In this document: in pieces, positions 23,851 through 41,700 of the stretch
Position numbering within the stretch: position 1 is the stretch's first letter
How the letters are laid out: each line of letters starts with the position of its first letter
Source of the DNA: Octopus sinensis
Lineage: Eukaryota
DNA: 64,000 bases
Direction of reading: 5' to 3'
Assembly (NCBI RefSeq): GCF_006345805.1
Contig: NC_043005.1
Span: forward strand, 95,108,001-95,172,000
The notes under the pieces: model-generated
The model's database searches: none
What the model was told of the DNA's origin: nothing
Seen by the model: the letters and a program-made list of their open reading frames with translations, nothing else
Translations under genes and position numbers: made by a program

Positions 23851-26129
23851 TCTATATTTGCAAGTATGTAACCATATATGAATATAAATGAAACCGTTTG
23901 TGTATATGAGTGTTATTGTTGATATCTCGTAACAAAGACACACAAGTAAAATACAACTCCAAACTTAAATACAGGTTCTGGAGCCGATATGCTCGACGAA
24001 ATCCTTAAAGGTGGTGCTCCAGCATGACAGCAATTCAGTAACCAGTAAAGAACTGAATAAATAAAAGTAAAAATATGCATACTTTCGAATATTTATTTAT
24101 CGATCTAATATAATATAAATGTATCTCCATGTACAGTATGGCCGAATGTTTAAAAAGTTTGTTGTACAACCACAAAGTCAAGGGTTCGATCCCATCTTGG
24201 GCAAATGGCATCTTTTATAACCTGGAGGCGACGTATACATTGTGAGTGTATATATGGAAACTGTACCTAAAATATAGCCTTGTTTTACTGTGTTACATTG
24301 ATTTTGCCAGAGAATTAAGTGTTCCATGGGTCTGTTGGATGCTCAACCACCTCCGCGCTACTTCAAGAGCAAGTAATTTAATTGTTCGAACAAGTGAATC
24401 TTCATCACCGAACGACGGAGATCCATCAATACAATACATACATAATCATGGTTTTTCTACTTCCTGATTTCTGCATCTACTTAGCCATATAAAGTGTAGA
24501 TTGGGTAGAACTTGGGAGCAAAAAACACTTACTTCAGTCTCACGCCACTCAGTATAGATGTAGTAACCATCAGCAGAACCAGAGTTCCTGAAGCACACGC
24601 AATCAAACGCTTGACTGACTACTAGGAATATGTGAAACATTTACCATCAAGTGGTGGGGGAGGATATAATGTATCTGGGATTGTTTTCGGGCTGTTGGAT
24701 TGGAGTATTTCTATTGAATTGTTCCCCAGAACTATAGCTAACTTTATCTTTATTCCCATCAAAGAGTTTGCATTTACGAGTGGTGGGGGGAAACCTTCTT
24801 ATAAAAGACAGATCACTAACTGAGTGCAACGCTAGTGTGTGTGGAAGATGGGAAATCAGATGTTGTGAAATTTCCTATTTGTTATTGTGTAATCCCAATA
24901 CTACCTGCATGCTTAAAGGTCCAGGCAGACCTAAGGCATGAAAGAAGTCAGCCGAATAATACACTCAACCCACTGATCTGTTTTACCAGTAATACCATGC
25001 ATCTATCTAAGGGAAAACCCTACTGAACAATCAGAGATCTTGCACTCTCTCCGGGTTATATCTAGATTTTACTTGTAGGAACACTTGAAGCGAGAAAGGC
25101 GGACTCACTAAGAATGCGGCAGTGCATCTCCACTTATTATTGATGGTGTGCATTTCAACACAGTGCTTGTGGCCTGTTGCAATTATTCTTATACGCTTTG
25201 TAAAAAACGGTTTTGTAAGGGATTATAATCCCTTACAAAACCATATTTTACAAATTTTAAGCCCCCCCCCCAAAAAAAAAAAATTAGGGGTTCCTTATAC
25301 ACGTTAAAATACATTACATCACGTAGATAACATAAATAGATCGTGAAAAGGTCGTGTCTGGAGTGTCTGATAATCGCTCTGCTTGATCTAGGTCAGTGTT
25401 TTTGGCCTTTTTCTCTACGTCTCCACCTTTACCGGTTCACCATACTGATTTCTGCCACCTCCGCATACGAGTAAAAAAAGAAGTAGTCTTGTGTACGACC
25501 CAATAAAAATTTTATTACGTAACACCAACCACTTTATATTAATTTAACATTGCCTTCTTTAAAATCAACATTAAGAAAAAACAATTCTAGCAAAAATTGC
25601 GTATATTGATGAAAATATTTCGACTTAAAAACAATTTCCTTTTTAGAGTTCCCTAAAATTTCGCTTGAAATCTAAACGCCGAAAGCTAACCGCAGCGACG
25701 AACGACTCCAGAAACAACAGCAGCAGCAACAGGGAAGGTATTGGTCTGAAGCAAAACAGATAACAATGACAATAAATAATGAGGTCATCAGTAGGCCAGC
25801 ATATTATGTGTCAACATGATCTATGTATCACTGATAAATCCGGAATTTACTGTCTTTCAGTGACTCAAAATTAAAACCTAATTGTTGGAGTAATTTGGGG
25901 ATTCTCGTTTCGATGGTTGGTTTCTGATTTCATTTATATTTTTCTAAAGCGAAAGATCGACTAAATTTTTCGATAGTTTAATCTTTTATATTTTTTCTTT
26001 CAATCAGTTTGTCTCTTGTTACGCATAACATTAGTCATTCAACTTATGATCCACATGGGAGCCTCTAACGTAGACGCACACCGACCTACTAGAAATAGCA
26101 GCAAGATCTCTCTACCGTCTTAAATATGT

Positions 26130-26600
26130 TAGTTCCTCTTATTCCAAGTGGAATATTGGGAAGCAACAAAAGTTCTATATCCTCTGCAAGAGATTTGGCA
26201 TCCTCCCATCTCAACTGCTCTGCATCTAGATCATTCAGAATTGTCCTCTTCCATATTATTAATGGGCGTCCACGTTTCCTTTTCCCATTTTCTGGCTTCC
26301 AAGCGAGAGAGACCTTTGGCTGTCTTGTTAAGTGCATTCTAAAGACTTGTCCAATAAACCTCACACGATGACTTTTCATAGTGATGCTTAGTGGTTTATG
26401 CTTGTTGTTTTTTTCCATAGACTTCTTAATTGGTTATTCTGTCCTGCCAAGAGATCTTAAGAATTTTTTGGAAGCACCTCTGGCGGAATACATCTAGCTT
26501 GTCGATGAATCTTGCTGTCATCTTCCACGCTAGCAAAGATGACATCCAGGATAACCAAAGAATTGAACATGTAACAAGAGTTTATCAGTGTAACAAGGTG
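26130..26600 (-). mobile_element. RTE LINE 3' fragment
   Basis: QRCFQKILKISWQDRITN, RVRFIGQVFRM and GKRKRGRPLIIWKRTI. Confidence 0.85.
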
Positions 26601-26641
26601 TTGAGTTGCTACTTTAGTGTGTGCTTAAGATACAAGTGTTG

Positions 26642-26681
<40 letters not shown>

Positions 26682-26882
26682 GAAATGAAGTTAGATCAGA
26701 AGGCGTTTTTGGGGTTAACGTAATCCACAGATTTATTTAAGGAGTGGATAACTGCTCTCAAATGAGACAAAGATAATAATTACAACGTGAAATAAAGTGT
26801 CTTGCTCAAGGACTCAATGCGCCGTCGGGAATTGAACTCACGACCTTACGATCATGAGCCTTCACATATAATACATATACAT

Positions 26883-26934
<52 letters not shown>

Positions 26935-27503
26935 CAATAATAAATCTCTAAACGAGATATAAACAGTAACTGCTCTATAACATAAGGGGCATCAGCCATC
27001 TGAATGTGGCTAGGGACAGGGCAGGGCGGTGGGGGTGTTACTGATGTATTTAGCCCCAGGCGATCATCAACGTCACCAGGGTGTCCTCTAGCCTGCAAAG
27101 AGAGATCATTCCCCGAAGAAGCGGATGCTACATACGGACCAGGTTTCAAGGTATTTGCCTATTATCAACGCATGGTAAGCACCGCTCTCCGACGAATAAC
27201 TCTCTGTACAGGCTATATATTTATGGATTTTCACAGTAAACACATTTACTGATGTAGAAAAACCGTTCGAAAGCAATAATAAATCTCTAAACGAGATATA
27301 AACAGTAACTGCTCTATAACATAAGGGGCATCAGCCATCTGAATATGGCTAGGGACAGGGCAGGGCGGTGGGGTGGGACACCGAGATGGTGTCAGCCTTC
27401 CTGGTGACGTTGATGATCGCCTGGAGCTAAATGCATCAGTAACACCCCCACCGCCCTGCCCTGTCCCTAGCCACATTCAGATGGCTGATGCCCCTTATGT
27501 ATA

Positions 27504-27585
<82 letters not shown>

Positions 27586-27830
27586 CATGTGTGTGTGTGT
27601 TATGTGTAGTTTGGGTTCTAATGGGATAGACAACCAACATGAAAGCCATTGTTATTGTTTTACGTGTTTATTTACTATTCATGTTACACGGACGTCGACA
27701 TTCATCGTAGTAATACATTATATACTTTACACACAGTTTGTACTATTCACTAACAAAAATAGTGCCAAAAGTGGGGATGTATTCTATGCACGTATACACA
27801 TAGATATGAATGTGTAACAGTGTGTGTGTG

Positions 27831-27882
<52 letters not shown>

Positions 27883-27918
27883 TTACATATACATATACAT
27901 ACAGTAGGTAAACGTGTG

Positions 27919-28279
27919 GGATCTCTTCTGTTTGAACGGCAGTTTTTTCCATTGCATTTCAATCTGTTTTAGGGTTAGGGTTAGGGGTGGGGGGAAGGAT
28001 ATCTTTTTTTTCTTCACAAATGTAAATAAACTCAATCTGTTTCTTAAACGAGGGACATATCCATGTGACACAGAATGTTTTTTTTTACCTCAATGGACGT
28101 AATTGATTGGTTGAAATTGCAGAAATTGAAGAAAAAACACAACAAATATCTTACAAATTTCTCAAAAAAGCCAAGAGAAAAAGATGTTTTATAAACACAT
28201 TCTACCAGTATATGAAGTTAAAATTTTTTTAGTTACCTAGAAATTATGTTAAAAACTGCCGTTCAAACCGAAAAGATCC
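27919..28279. mobile_element. MITE with ~28-bp TIRs and internal (TTAGGG)3
   Basis: ggatctcttctgtttgaacggcagtttt / aaaactgccgttcaaaccgaaaagatcc; TTAGGG x3 at 27969-27986. Confidence 0.75.
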
Positions 28280-28551
28280 AAAGTGTGATCTAGAAAAGTC
28301 TAGGGGATACTACAATTTATTAACGGGTAGGTGCAATTTTAAGGAAGGATGACAGGGTGTTTAAACAAAGTAGTTATCAAGAAACTATATGTAAGGACCC
28401 CGTAGCCCTGATGGTATATAATTATTTGCTCTTAACATATTGGACTTCAAGACTATTTATCTAAGCCATGTTTTCTTTCGTTCAGTATTCCAGTGCACCG
28501 TAATTCTCAGAGTAAATCAGAGTGTGACACAATATAATGACACTGGTTCAA

Positions 28552-28634
<83 letters not shown>

Positions 28635-28917
28635 ACACTTTGTTGTTGAACAGTACTTTATTTACTGACCCTTAAAGGATAAAAAGCAAATTTAAAATCG
28701 GAGGGGTTTGACTGAGGACCGAAACGAATGCCGCAATGAATTCTACCCCACATTTTCTGAGCTTTGACAACGCTGCCGATTGTCTGCCTTATGTGATGTC
28801 ATTAAAATAGACAACTCTGGTTTTGAAATATACCGTGTTCAATAGTGTGGTCCTAGTTATCTCCCTTTATCATCTCTTCCCTACCTCACTGACTTAATTT
28901 TTATGGGTTGGAATATT

Positions 28918-29334
28918 ATTATTTCTTTATTGCCCACAAGGGGATAAACATAGAGGGGACAAACAAGGACACACAAAGGGATTCAGTCGATTACATCGAC
29001 CCCAGTGCGTAACTGGTACTTAATTTATCGACCACGAAAGGATGAAAGGCAAAGTCGACCTAGGCGGAATTTGAACTTAGAACGTAACAGCAGACGAAAT
29101 ACCTATTTCTTTACTATCCACAAGGGGCTAAACAAAAAGGGGACACACAAGGACAGACAAACGGATTAAGTCGATTATATCGACCCCAGTGCGTAACTGG
29201 TACTTATTTAATCGACCCCGAAAGGATGAAAGGCAAAGTCGACCTCGGCGGAATTTGAACTCATAACGCAGCTGCAGACGAAATACGGCTACGCATTTCG
29301 CCCGGCGTGCTAACGGTTCTGCCAGCTCACCGCC
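28918..29334 (-). mobile_element. SINE family A, 1.7-mer with ~18-bp TSD
   Basis: Two cores in tandem, flanked by tttatgg(g/a)ttggaatatt on both sides. Confidence 0.85.
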
Positions 29335-29515
29335 TTTATGGATTGGAATATTCTATCATGCGTTTGAATAAGTGCTTTACAACAAGGGCTCCCAACCATC
29401 GAACTCTAGTTCATCTCGTACCGAGCCGTTCAGAAAGCATAAATATTTAATTTTCATTTCTGTTCTATTGACTGTCGCAGCCTTCAGGGTGAAGTTTGCA
29501 TCGTATATGTGTGCA

Positions 29516-29593
<78 letters not shown>

Positions 29594-29648
29594 TATATAT
29601 ATATATATATATATATAGGTATGCATATTAATATGTAGTATGTATATG

Positions 29649-29736
<88 letters not shown>

Positions 29737-30405
29737 TGTATGTATGTATGTATGTATGTATGAATTATGCATTGAATAATTAAAATATATATTATCCACT
29801 TTATTGTAATTCCATAGAAAAATTGTGAAAAGAAAGGTTGGGGACCAATGCTTTACCGTTTTTAGTTATACACATTTACATTCTGAGTTCAATTTCAAAA
29901 AGACATTCCAAACATTGTCCACTTGAGATTCTTTAAATGAATATATGCATGTATGCGCACACTTTGTTGCGTACACCTACAAAGACATATATGCAAAAAG
30001 TAATCATGCACGCACGCTCGTGCGTGCACAAATATCTAAGCATTATAAAGACATGTTCACACAGAAAATGTATGCATGTATGCATGTATGCATGTATGTA
30101 TGTATGTATGTATGTATGTAGGTAGGTAGTATGTATGTATGTATGTATGTATGTATGTATGTATGTATGTATGTATGTATGTATGTATGTATGTATGAAG
30201 GTGCGTGGCTTAGTGGTTAGGTTACGCACCTCGCGATCATAGGGTTACGAGTTAGATTCCCGGCAGTGTGCTGGGTCCTTGAGCAAAACATTTTATTTCA
30301 TGTTGCTCCAGTCCACTCAGCTGGCACTAGCTTGTCAAATTCCGTCTCCCCGGGATCTTCGTTAAGGGTACGCGTGTCTGCAACCGGCATCCTCTCCATT
30401 GCAAC

Positions 30406-30492
<87 letters not shown>

Positions 30493-30670
30493 GACAGACA
30501 TATTTAGATGCTGGCCTAGGAACCAGGCAGTCACCTTTGTTAACGTGTTAGCTATAATGCAAGGGAGACAACTTTTGTAAGTCTTAAAATTTTCTGCAGA
30601 GAGAGATTATCTATCTATCCATCTATCTGTAGAGGCATCTTCGTAGGCTTCACATAAAAGATATGTATGC

Positions 30671-34365
<3,695 letters not shown>

Positions 34366-37300
34366 CGATCGATAGTATTCATTGACAGATCGGCTCGTAA
34401 GTTAATTGTTTTTTTTATTGTGATTTTGAAAAAGTTTCGTTTCAATTTTTGCACACGGAGTGTGTAAGACACCCAGCTTTCGTCTGGGTGGGTTTTCCGG
34501 AGGGGATTTTGCCCCTAGGGGCAATTTCAACCGTGATTATATATAAAATCTTTTGCTTTCATAGCTTGTTTTCACAACAATAACAACAGCAATTCCTTTC
34601 AGACCTTGTTTCCTCCAGCACCAAGAACTGAAGGAGAGAAACAAAAGACCGCGACCACCAAACGAATTGCCGAAAGCTGCTCAAACGCAGGGACAAATTA
34701 TGCAAGCAAATTTCCACCCCTTCCTACTTGCACAATCAAACATCAGACACCAAATACACCGAATTTACCAACTGCAGCCAACAACAACATCACCACCAGC
34801 AACAACAATAACAAAACAATAACAAATTTCGCCGAGGCGATAAAAGAAAAAAAGACAACAGTATCTTTTACTGCACAACAGATAAAAGATACCAAAGCTT
34901 TAATAACTAAAGAAAATGGCAAAGTAAAAATAAACATACCACAACAAATACTAGAAAATGAAAAAAAGAAAACTATTATATATAAAATAATCAACAACAA
35001 AACAAAAAGTCCAGAGAATTCCTATCTGGAATTTCAAAGAATATGTGACCTGGTGGAACAAGTTTGCGCACATACAAGTTGTTTTCCACACTGAAGAGTT
35101 AGCAAAACGATTCTCAACGCTAACTCTTCATTCGAATGAACTTACTATGATACCTAGCTACCATGGACAGAGAGTAACTAAGGTCATATTAAACAATGTT
35201 CCACAAATAGCGGACACTCTATGGCTAACATCAGCCATATGTGTGGAAATGGACGATTTAAACAAATTACAAACCACGGTCACTGAACACAAAAACTGGG
35301 TGGGAAAAAGAGTAGAAATTTTGCTACACATCAACAAAATACCCACCCAGATATATATATCAGAAGACCACAAGTTGTATGTGGTTGTCGAAGGCAGAAG
35401 ACCACGCTGCTACATATGCGGCAGTGAGCAACATCTAAAAAAAAATTGCAAATCTGCTGCAAGAAAACAGCAGCAACAACAACAGCAGCCGGAAAAAACA
35501 AAAAAAGCCAGCTTTATTACCCACACCACAGTTTGCACGAACAATAAAAGAACCAGTCACAGAAAATCAACAAGAAACAAACCTACCCAACCAAACAACA
35601 CCACCAACAGCACCAAGAACAGAAACATCAACAACAACAACCAAAGAGAAACCAACTCCCAAACCAAGAACATCTACCAAAAAGACAAGCATCGAAAATG
35701 AAGAAATAATTACTACTCCAAATCCCTCCAAAACACACACCCCAAACACCACAACAATACCTACAATCACACAAACACAAAATCCCTACACAACACCTCC
35801 AAAAACCCATACACCACACCCTAACGCTCACCAACCAACACCACCAACAAAGTCAACACGGTCAAAAATAGACCCCAATACTTTTCGCCTCCCACTCTCT
35901 GATTCCTCTGACATGTCATTAGATGAAGAAGACACAGAAGAGTGGCAAATAGCCACAGGGGGAAGAGAAAAATAGGGAAAAAAAGAATAGAAAAGCTAAC
36001 AATCAAAGCAAGAAGATTCACCACTCCCGAAACAAAAACATCCACAGAAAACGAACACATCAACACAAACACACCATCATCAAACCCCCGAACAATGTTG
36101 ACAGCCATAAACACAAACAACCACGACCTAATGGAATACATTAGGTCAAACACCAACATAACTGAAAACGACACAAAAACAAATAACCACCCACGCACAA
36201 CACCACCACAACACATTAAAATAATACACGTAACACAGAACACACACAGCACCCTGAAATCTCTCTACCCTGATGCAGTTGGGAGATTTCAAAAATATTT
36301 ATCAAAGAAACTTTATAAAAACCTCATGGGAGAAGACTGTGAAGTGAAAAACAAAGGACTTTCGGACAATAAGTAACCTTTTCTCTCTCTCTTTTTTTCT
36401 CATCTTTTCGTGTGTAAAACACAATTTTTGATAGGAACATGCTCAAAATAGGCAGTATAAGTGTACGTGGCTTGGGGTCGCCTTGGAAACAAGGCTACCT
36501 GTTAAACGACATCAAGTCACTAAATCTGCATATCATAGCCATCAGTGAGACCAGACTCCACAGCTCGCGGGCACTCCAGCACATTTTCGGCACACATTTC
36601 AACATTTATTTTTCTCCGTGTCTACCGAGAATGGGCGGAGGTGGCACCGCGGTGCTTCTCCGGAAGAGTCTGGACCTCAAAGTAAGAGCAATTTTCCTAG
36701 ACCCGGAGGGTAGGCTGGTCGTTCTGGATGTCGATGGCAGCAATGAGTGTGCTTTTCGACCGATAACAGTTTATGCACCGTCCTTAACAGGCCGAACAAT
36801 TTTCTTTCGACGTCTAGAGTCTTTCATGGGAACGTCTCGTCCTTTACTTTTAGTGGGGGATTGGAATGCCACCCTGGACATGCATCTAGACTACGTGGGC
36901 AGAGATAGCAATAGGAGGGGATGCAAATGCCTCAAAGACCTGCTCAGACGTTTCCAACTGTCTGACAGGTACCGACTGGACCACCCGAATGTGCCAATGT
37001 GGACATGGAGTAACCGCATCGGGTCGTCCAGAGTGTACTTAGATAGAGTATTCTGTAGGACAGTAGATAAAAATAGTGTAGGTTGTCCATAATTTCATAT
37101 AGTCAGTTACACAGATCACAAGTTTGTGACTTGTACACTTGACTTAGATAAGACACATAGGCAGGGTCCTGGTTACTGGACGCTGAACGCGTCTTTTACA
37201 GCATGACAGGTTTATAGGGACCAGATCAGCACATTAGTTAAGAGAGCGTTGACGGGTACCATCATCAACAACAAATGGTGGTATGCCCTAAAAAAAGCAA

Positions 37301-40074
37301 TTAAAGCAGAATCAGTCAGGTACAGTAAAGCCCTAGCTTTAGACCGAAATAGAATAGAGGGAGACTTAGTTAAGAGTTTAGAAGAGGCACTTAGAAATGG
37401 CATCGCGTCCAACGTACTGGCAGCGAGGTTGGCCCTCGACCAACACCTCAACGCCAAACACGAAGGATGCGTTGTCAGAGCTAGGATGCGTGCTCTGAAG
37501 AACGAAGGAGTTGGAACCGCCCAACGAAGGAGACGCAACGAGGCAACAGAACCACCATCAAGTCTCTTACAGATGAAGAGGGGCGCGAATTGCTCGAGCC
37601 TAAAAGGATGTGTGAGGCTTTTCAACAACACTTCACCCAACTGTTTGGGACAAGTGGTGGGTCAGAACGCAGAGTGGACTTTAGTACCTACCTGCATGCT
37701 TTGCCACGACTCTCAGCAAGAGAGGCGGAGTCTTGTGAAAGACATATCACAACTGCGGACGTACAGGATGCGATGGCAGGCTGCGCGAGAGACAATTCAC
37801 CAGGCTTGGATGGTCTGCCCTACGAACTTTATTGTCATATGCCAGACTTGTTTGGAGGCGTCTTGGCAGCTGTCTACTGCAACTGGCAGAAAAACGGGAG
37901 TATCCCTGCTTTTGTAAAGCGAGGAGCAGTGGCACTGATTAAGAAAGACCCAAACAAGGGGGACGTCATAGATAATTTCAGGCCCATCACTGTGCTCAAC
38001 GCAGATTTGAAAATTTTTGCCAAGGTGTTAGCCGAGAGGTTGGCGCTTGTCATCAAGAAACTAGTCGACAAGGCGCAAACATGCGCCGTGCCGGGTAGAA
38101 GTATTCATGACAACCTCCATCTGATGCGCTACATCATAGACAGGGTAGTCAAGAATCCTGGCATGGGTGGGGCGCTGATCAATTTGGATCAATCAAAAGC
38201 TTTCGATAGGGTAGACCATCACTACTTGGAGGCTGTCCTTAAAGCGGCTGGTTTCGGTCCAGTTTTCCGCGATTGGATCGCTGCCTTATACAGCGGCATC
38301 CGCTCGGTAGTTCGCGTAAATGGTAATCTATTCAGACCTTTTAACATCATGCGTTCGGTTCGTCAGGGATGCCCCCTCTCATCGCTTCTGTATGTATTGA
38401 CTCTTGAGCCACTACTGCGGAAACTGGCGACGCTGAGGGGCATCCCACGAGAGCTGGGATGCGGGAGGAACGTGTCTGCATACGCGGATGACGTCACCGT
38501 CATAGTGTCGAGCTACCAGCACATGGAGCTGGTCGGCGAGACACTAAAAGAATACGAAGCGGTAACGGGAGCAAAAATTAACCGGGAAAAGTCAGTGGAC
38601 TTGCGGCTCGGCACCTGGAGAAGCAGGCCCATGCCGTCCAACAGCGTCTCTATTGTGGGACGCTGGACCGACGGACCGGTTAAATTGCTCGTGGTCTGGT
38701 TCGGTCCGGACCTCCAAATGGAGAAGAACTGGGGCGAAATAGCGATTAGGGTGACCGTCTGACCGTCGTGCCTTGTCCCGACCCTACCATCACCAAACTG
38801 GAACGTATACTCTTCTGCTTCCTGTGGAAGGGAAAAGTTCCGATGGTTAGGCGATCGATTTGCTGTCAACACCCGCTAAATGGAGGGCTGGGTATGCCGT
38901 GGTTGATGATGCGCAGACATGCGCTGAGACTGCGACATCTCCGGCGCTTCATAGACGATGGTGAACAGCTGTGGTCGCCTTTTGTGCGGCGCGCTTTCCC
39001 GCAGCTCGTCTCCCTGGCCGAACTACAGTCATGGATCAAGCAGAGACCGAGGCTAGGCGAATGGCACCGCTAGTGTCGCGTTGCTCTCAAGCAACTCTGC
39101 CGTCCGGGATCGAACTTGTGCGACTCCATCACAACAAAGGCATTCTATAGAGGATTAGTGGAGGGGAGGTGCGACGACGAACTCGGGCAGAGTCTGGGCG
39201 TCGACGAGGAACACCTGACCCGCCTGTTCAGGACAACTTTCGGCCCGGGACCTATGGACAATCACCAAAGATCCCTGGCCTGGCAGTGCTATCGAGAAGC
39301 ATTACCTGTTCGGGATAAGCTCTACAGACACGGTTCCAGACACACTGGACCGACTTGCCCGAGATGCGGTCAGAGCGACGAAACCGTTCTGCACGCACTC
39401 GTGCAATGTCCAACCATTTCAGACCTGTGGGCTTATACCGAACGGCTGCTGTCACGTGTGGGTTGAGTCCGCCTATCGGCCGAGTCTATCGTATATGTTG
39501 CTCCGCCCCCTTCCCTCAACCGGGAAGGCAAGGCAGTTTTCATCGTACTGGTGGCCATGGTGAAAGAATGTGTGTGGTGGACCCGAGCGAAAGGATTAGA
39601 GATAAACACTTACCTCTCTGGCCAATCGCTCATCAACTTTTTCAAGTACCATTTGAAAAGGAAGGTGAAAATGGAGAGGGAGGTTTTGTCTCGCGAAAAG
39701 ATGGGTGAATGTTGCAAAGATGGTGCGTGCGAGTGACGAAACCATTTTGAGCATGACTCTGTAAATCGTAAAAAAGAGAGAGAGAGAGAGAGCATTTTGC
39801 TCTCATGTGGCTATTTCCTTCCTGACTGAGGTTCCCGTGGTCTTTTCTGTAGGCTTTTCTTCCCACGGATGAACCCAATCTTGTTTTATCAATGTTTTTT
39901 TTAAAAAAGTGTTTCTGTGATACACGATTCCTTTTTTTTTTTTTTTTCTCTCTCAATCCCTTTTGATCGAATCTTACATTTATTTTCCTTTTTCTTTTCC
40001 ACCCTCGAAAAGAAAAGCTCTACATTTGTATTTGTCCCCTCTGTATTCAGCCCTATGTGACTAATAAAAGAAAG

Positions 40075-40076
<2 letters not shown>
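34366..40076 (+). mobile_element. Tx1 (L1-clade) LINE copy B, apparently full length, inactivated
   Basis: Broken ORF1 (~34606-36376) with CCHC knuckle CYICGSEQHLKKNC (35408-35449). ORF2 starts at ATG 36439 and has APE (ISETR, LVGDWN, SDRY, LDR), RT (YADD) and a zinc motif, with stops, frameshifts and a ~90-bp deletion near 38755. Confidence 0.95.
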
Positions 40077-40128
<52 letters not shown>

Positions 40129-40129
40129 C

Positions 40130-40237
<108 letters not shown>

Positions 40238-40238
40238 G

Positions 40239-40308
<70 letters not shown>

Positions 40309-40313
40309 GTCTA

Positions 40314-40392
<79 letters not shown>

Positions 40393-40443
40393 GTCTGTCT
40401 GTTTGTCTATCTATCTATCTATTTATCTATCTAGCTATCTGTT

Positions 40444-40474
<31 letters not shown>

Positions 40475-41269
40475 TTATCTGTCTCTCTGTCCCCCTCTCT
40501 CTATCTGTCTGTGCGTCCGTTCTTCCGTCTAACTCTGTTTCTCAGTATGTTCGACGTGTCTGTGTTCGTGTCGGTCGTTCTCGATATATGACTGGTTATA
40601 GTTCACTTGTCAATGAGACCTGTTCGAGCACTCTCCAATCCAGTTCAGCTTCATTTTCCAAAGAGGCCTGAAGCTAGCCGGAAGCAGAGTGGCATGTTAT
40701 TGAGGAAATAGTGAACGGCGACGAAAAGACTTTGACAAACTTACTTGATTGATGGAGTGGTTAACTGAATGATTAATCAAACAATCGATTAGTTATGTGG
40801 TTCAATAGCTAATTGACGATTAATAAAGAAGTGAAACCCGATCAGTGCATGTATATGTTTATTATTGGTATAATGACCTTCCCGAGATGATTAAAAGTTC
40901 ATAATTTGAAAATGTTTTTAACTTAAAAATTAAGAATAAAAATTAAGACATAAAGCGTGACAGATGACTAGAGATAAGCATATTGTTCGTGTGGTAAGCT
41001 ACGAAATTCTTACTTTCTCTCGATTTCCTGTAATTCGGACTGTCTCACGATCCCAATGTTAAAAAGGCCTTTTTAAATAATCAACGCAAAACGACCAAGC
41101 GTGACCTATGATGAAACCCATTCTACCCGTGACCATCCGGTCTTTATTCAAAAATAGTAGGAAGGGATATGAAAGTAATTTGGCCACTATAAGTAGATGA
41201 GCAATGTCACTGCCCCTTATATGATGGAATAAAAAAAAACACAGAAAAGAAAACATAATGCAAACAAAC

Positions 41270-41528
41270 GAGTATGTGGCTCCGTGAGTAAGAAGTTTCT
41301 TTCCCAACCGTGTGGTCTTAAGTTCAGTCCTACTGTGCGACACTTTGGGCAAATACCGTTTACTGAAGCCTCGAATCGACCAAAGCTTCATCAGTGGATT
41401 TGCTTGACGGAAATTGAAAGAAGCCAGTCTTATCACTTTGAGCTTGTGCTATGTTTGTCCTCCCACCAGCGTTTGAAAGCCGGCGCTGTTGTGTCTACGT
41501 CTCATGTAACTTAGCAGTTCGGTGAAAC

Positions 41529-41589
<61 letters not shown>

Positions 41590-41700
41590 TAGAATAAGTA
41601 TTAAGCTTTAAAAAGATAAATAAGTTCTGGGATCAATTTGTTCGACTAAACCCTTCAAGATGGTGCCCCAGTATGGCCGCAGTCTGTAGCAAATAAAAAA
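41270..41700 (+). mobile_element. SINE family B copy with internal (GA)n; others at 45716-45925, 46660-46770 and 47570-47935 (all -)
   Basis: Shared motifs. Confidence 0.75.

Noticed and set aside
27969-27986. Telomere or interstitial telomere fusion
   Set aside because: Only three TTAGGG units, internal to a TIR element.
29372-30229. Long ORFs of YIYI/HTHT/IYLS/RERE type, here and at 33982-34467, 40057-40434, 55674-57157 and elsewhere
   Set aside because: They are stop-free readings of microsatellites, not genes.
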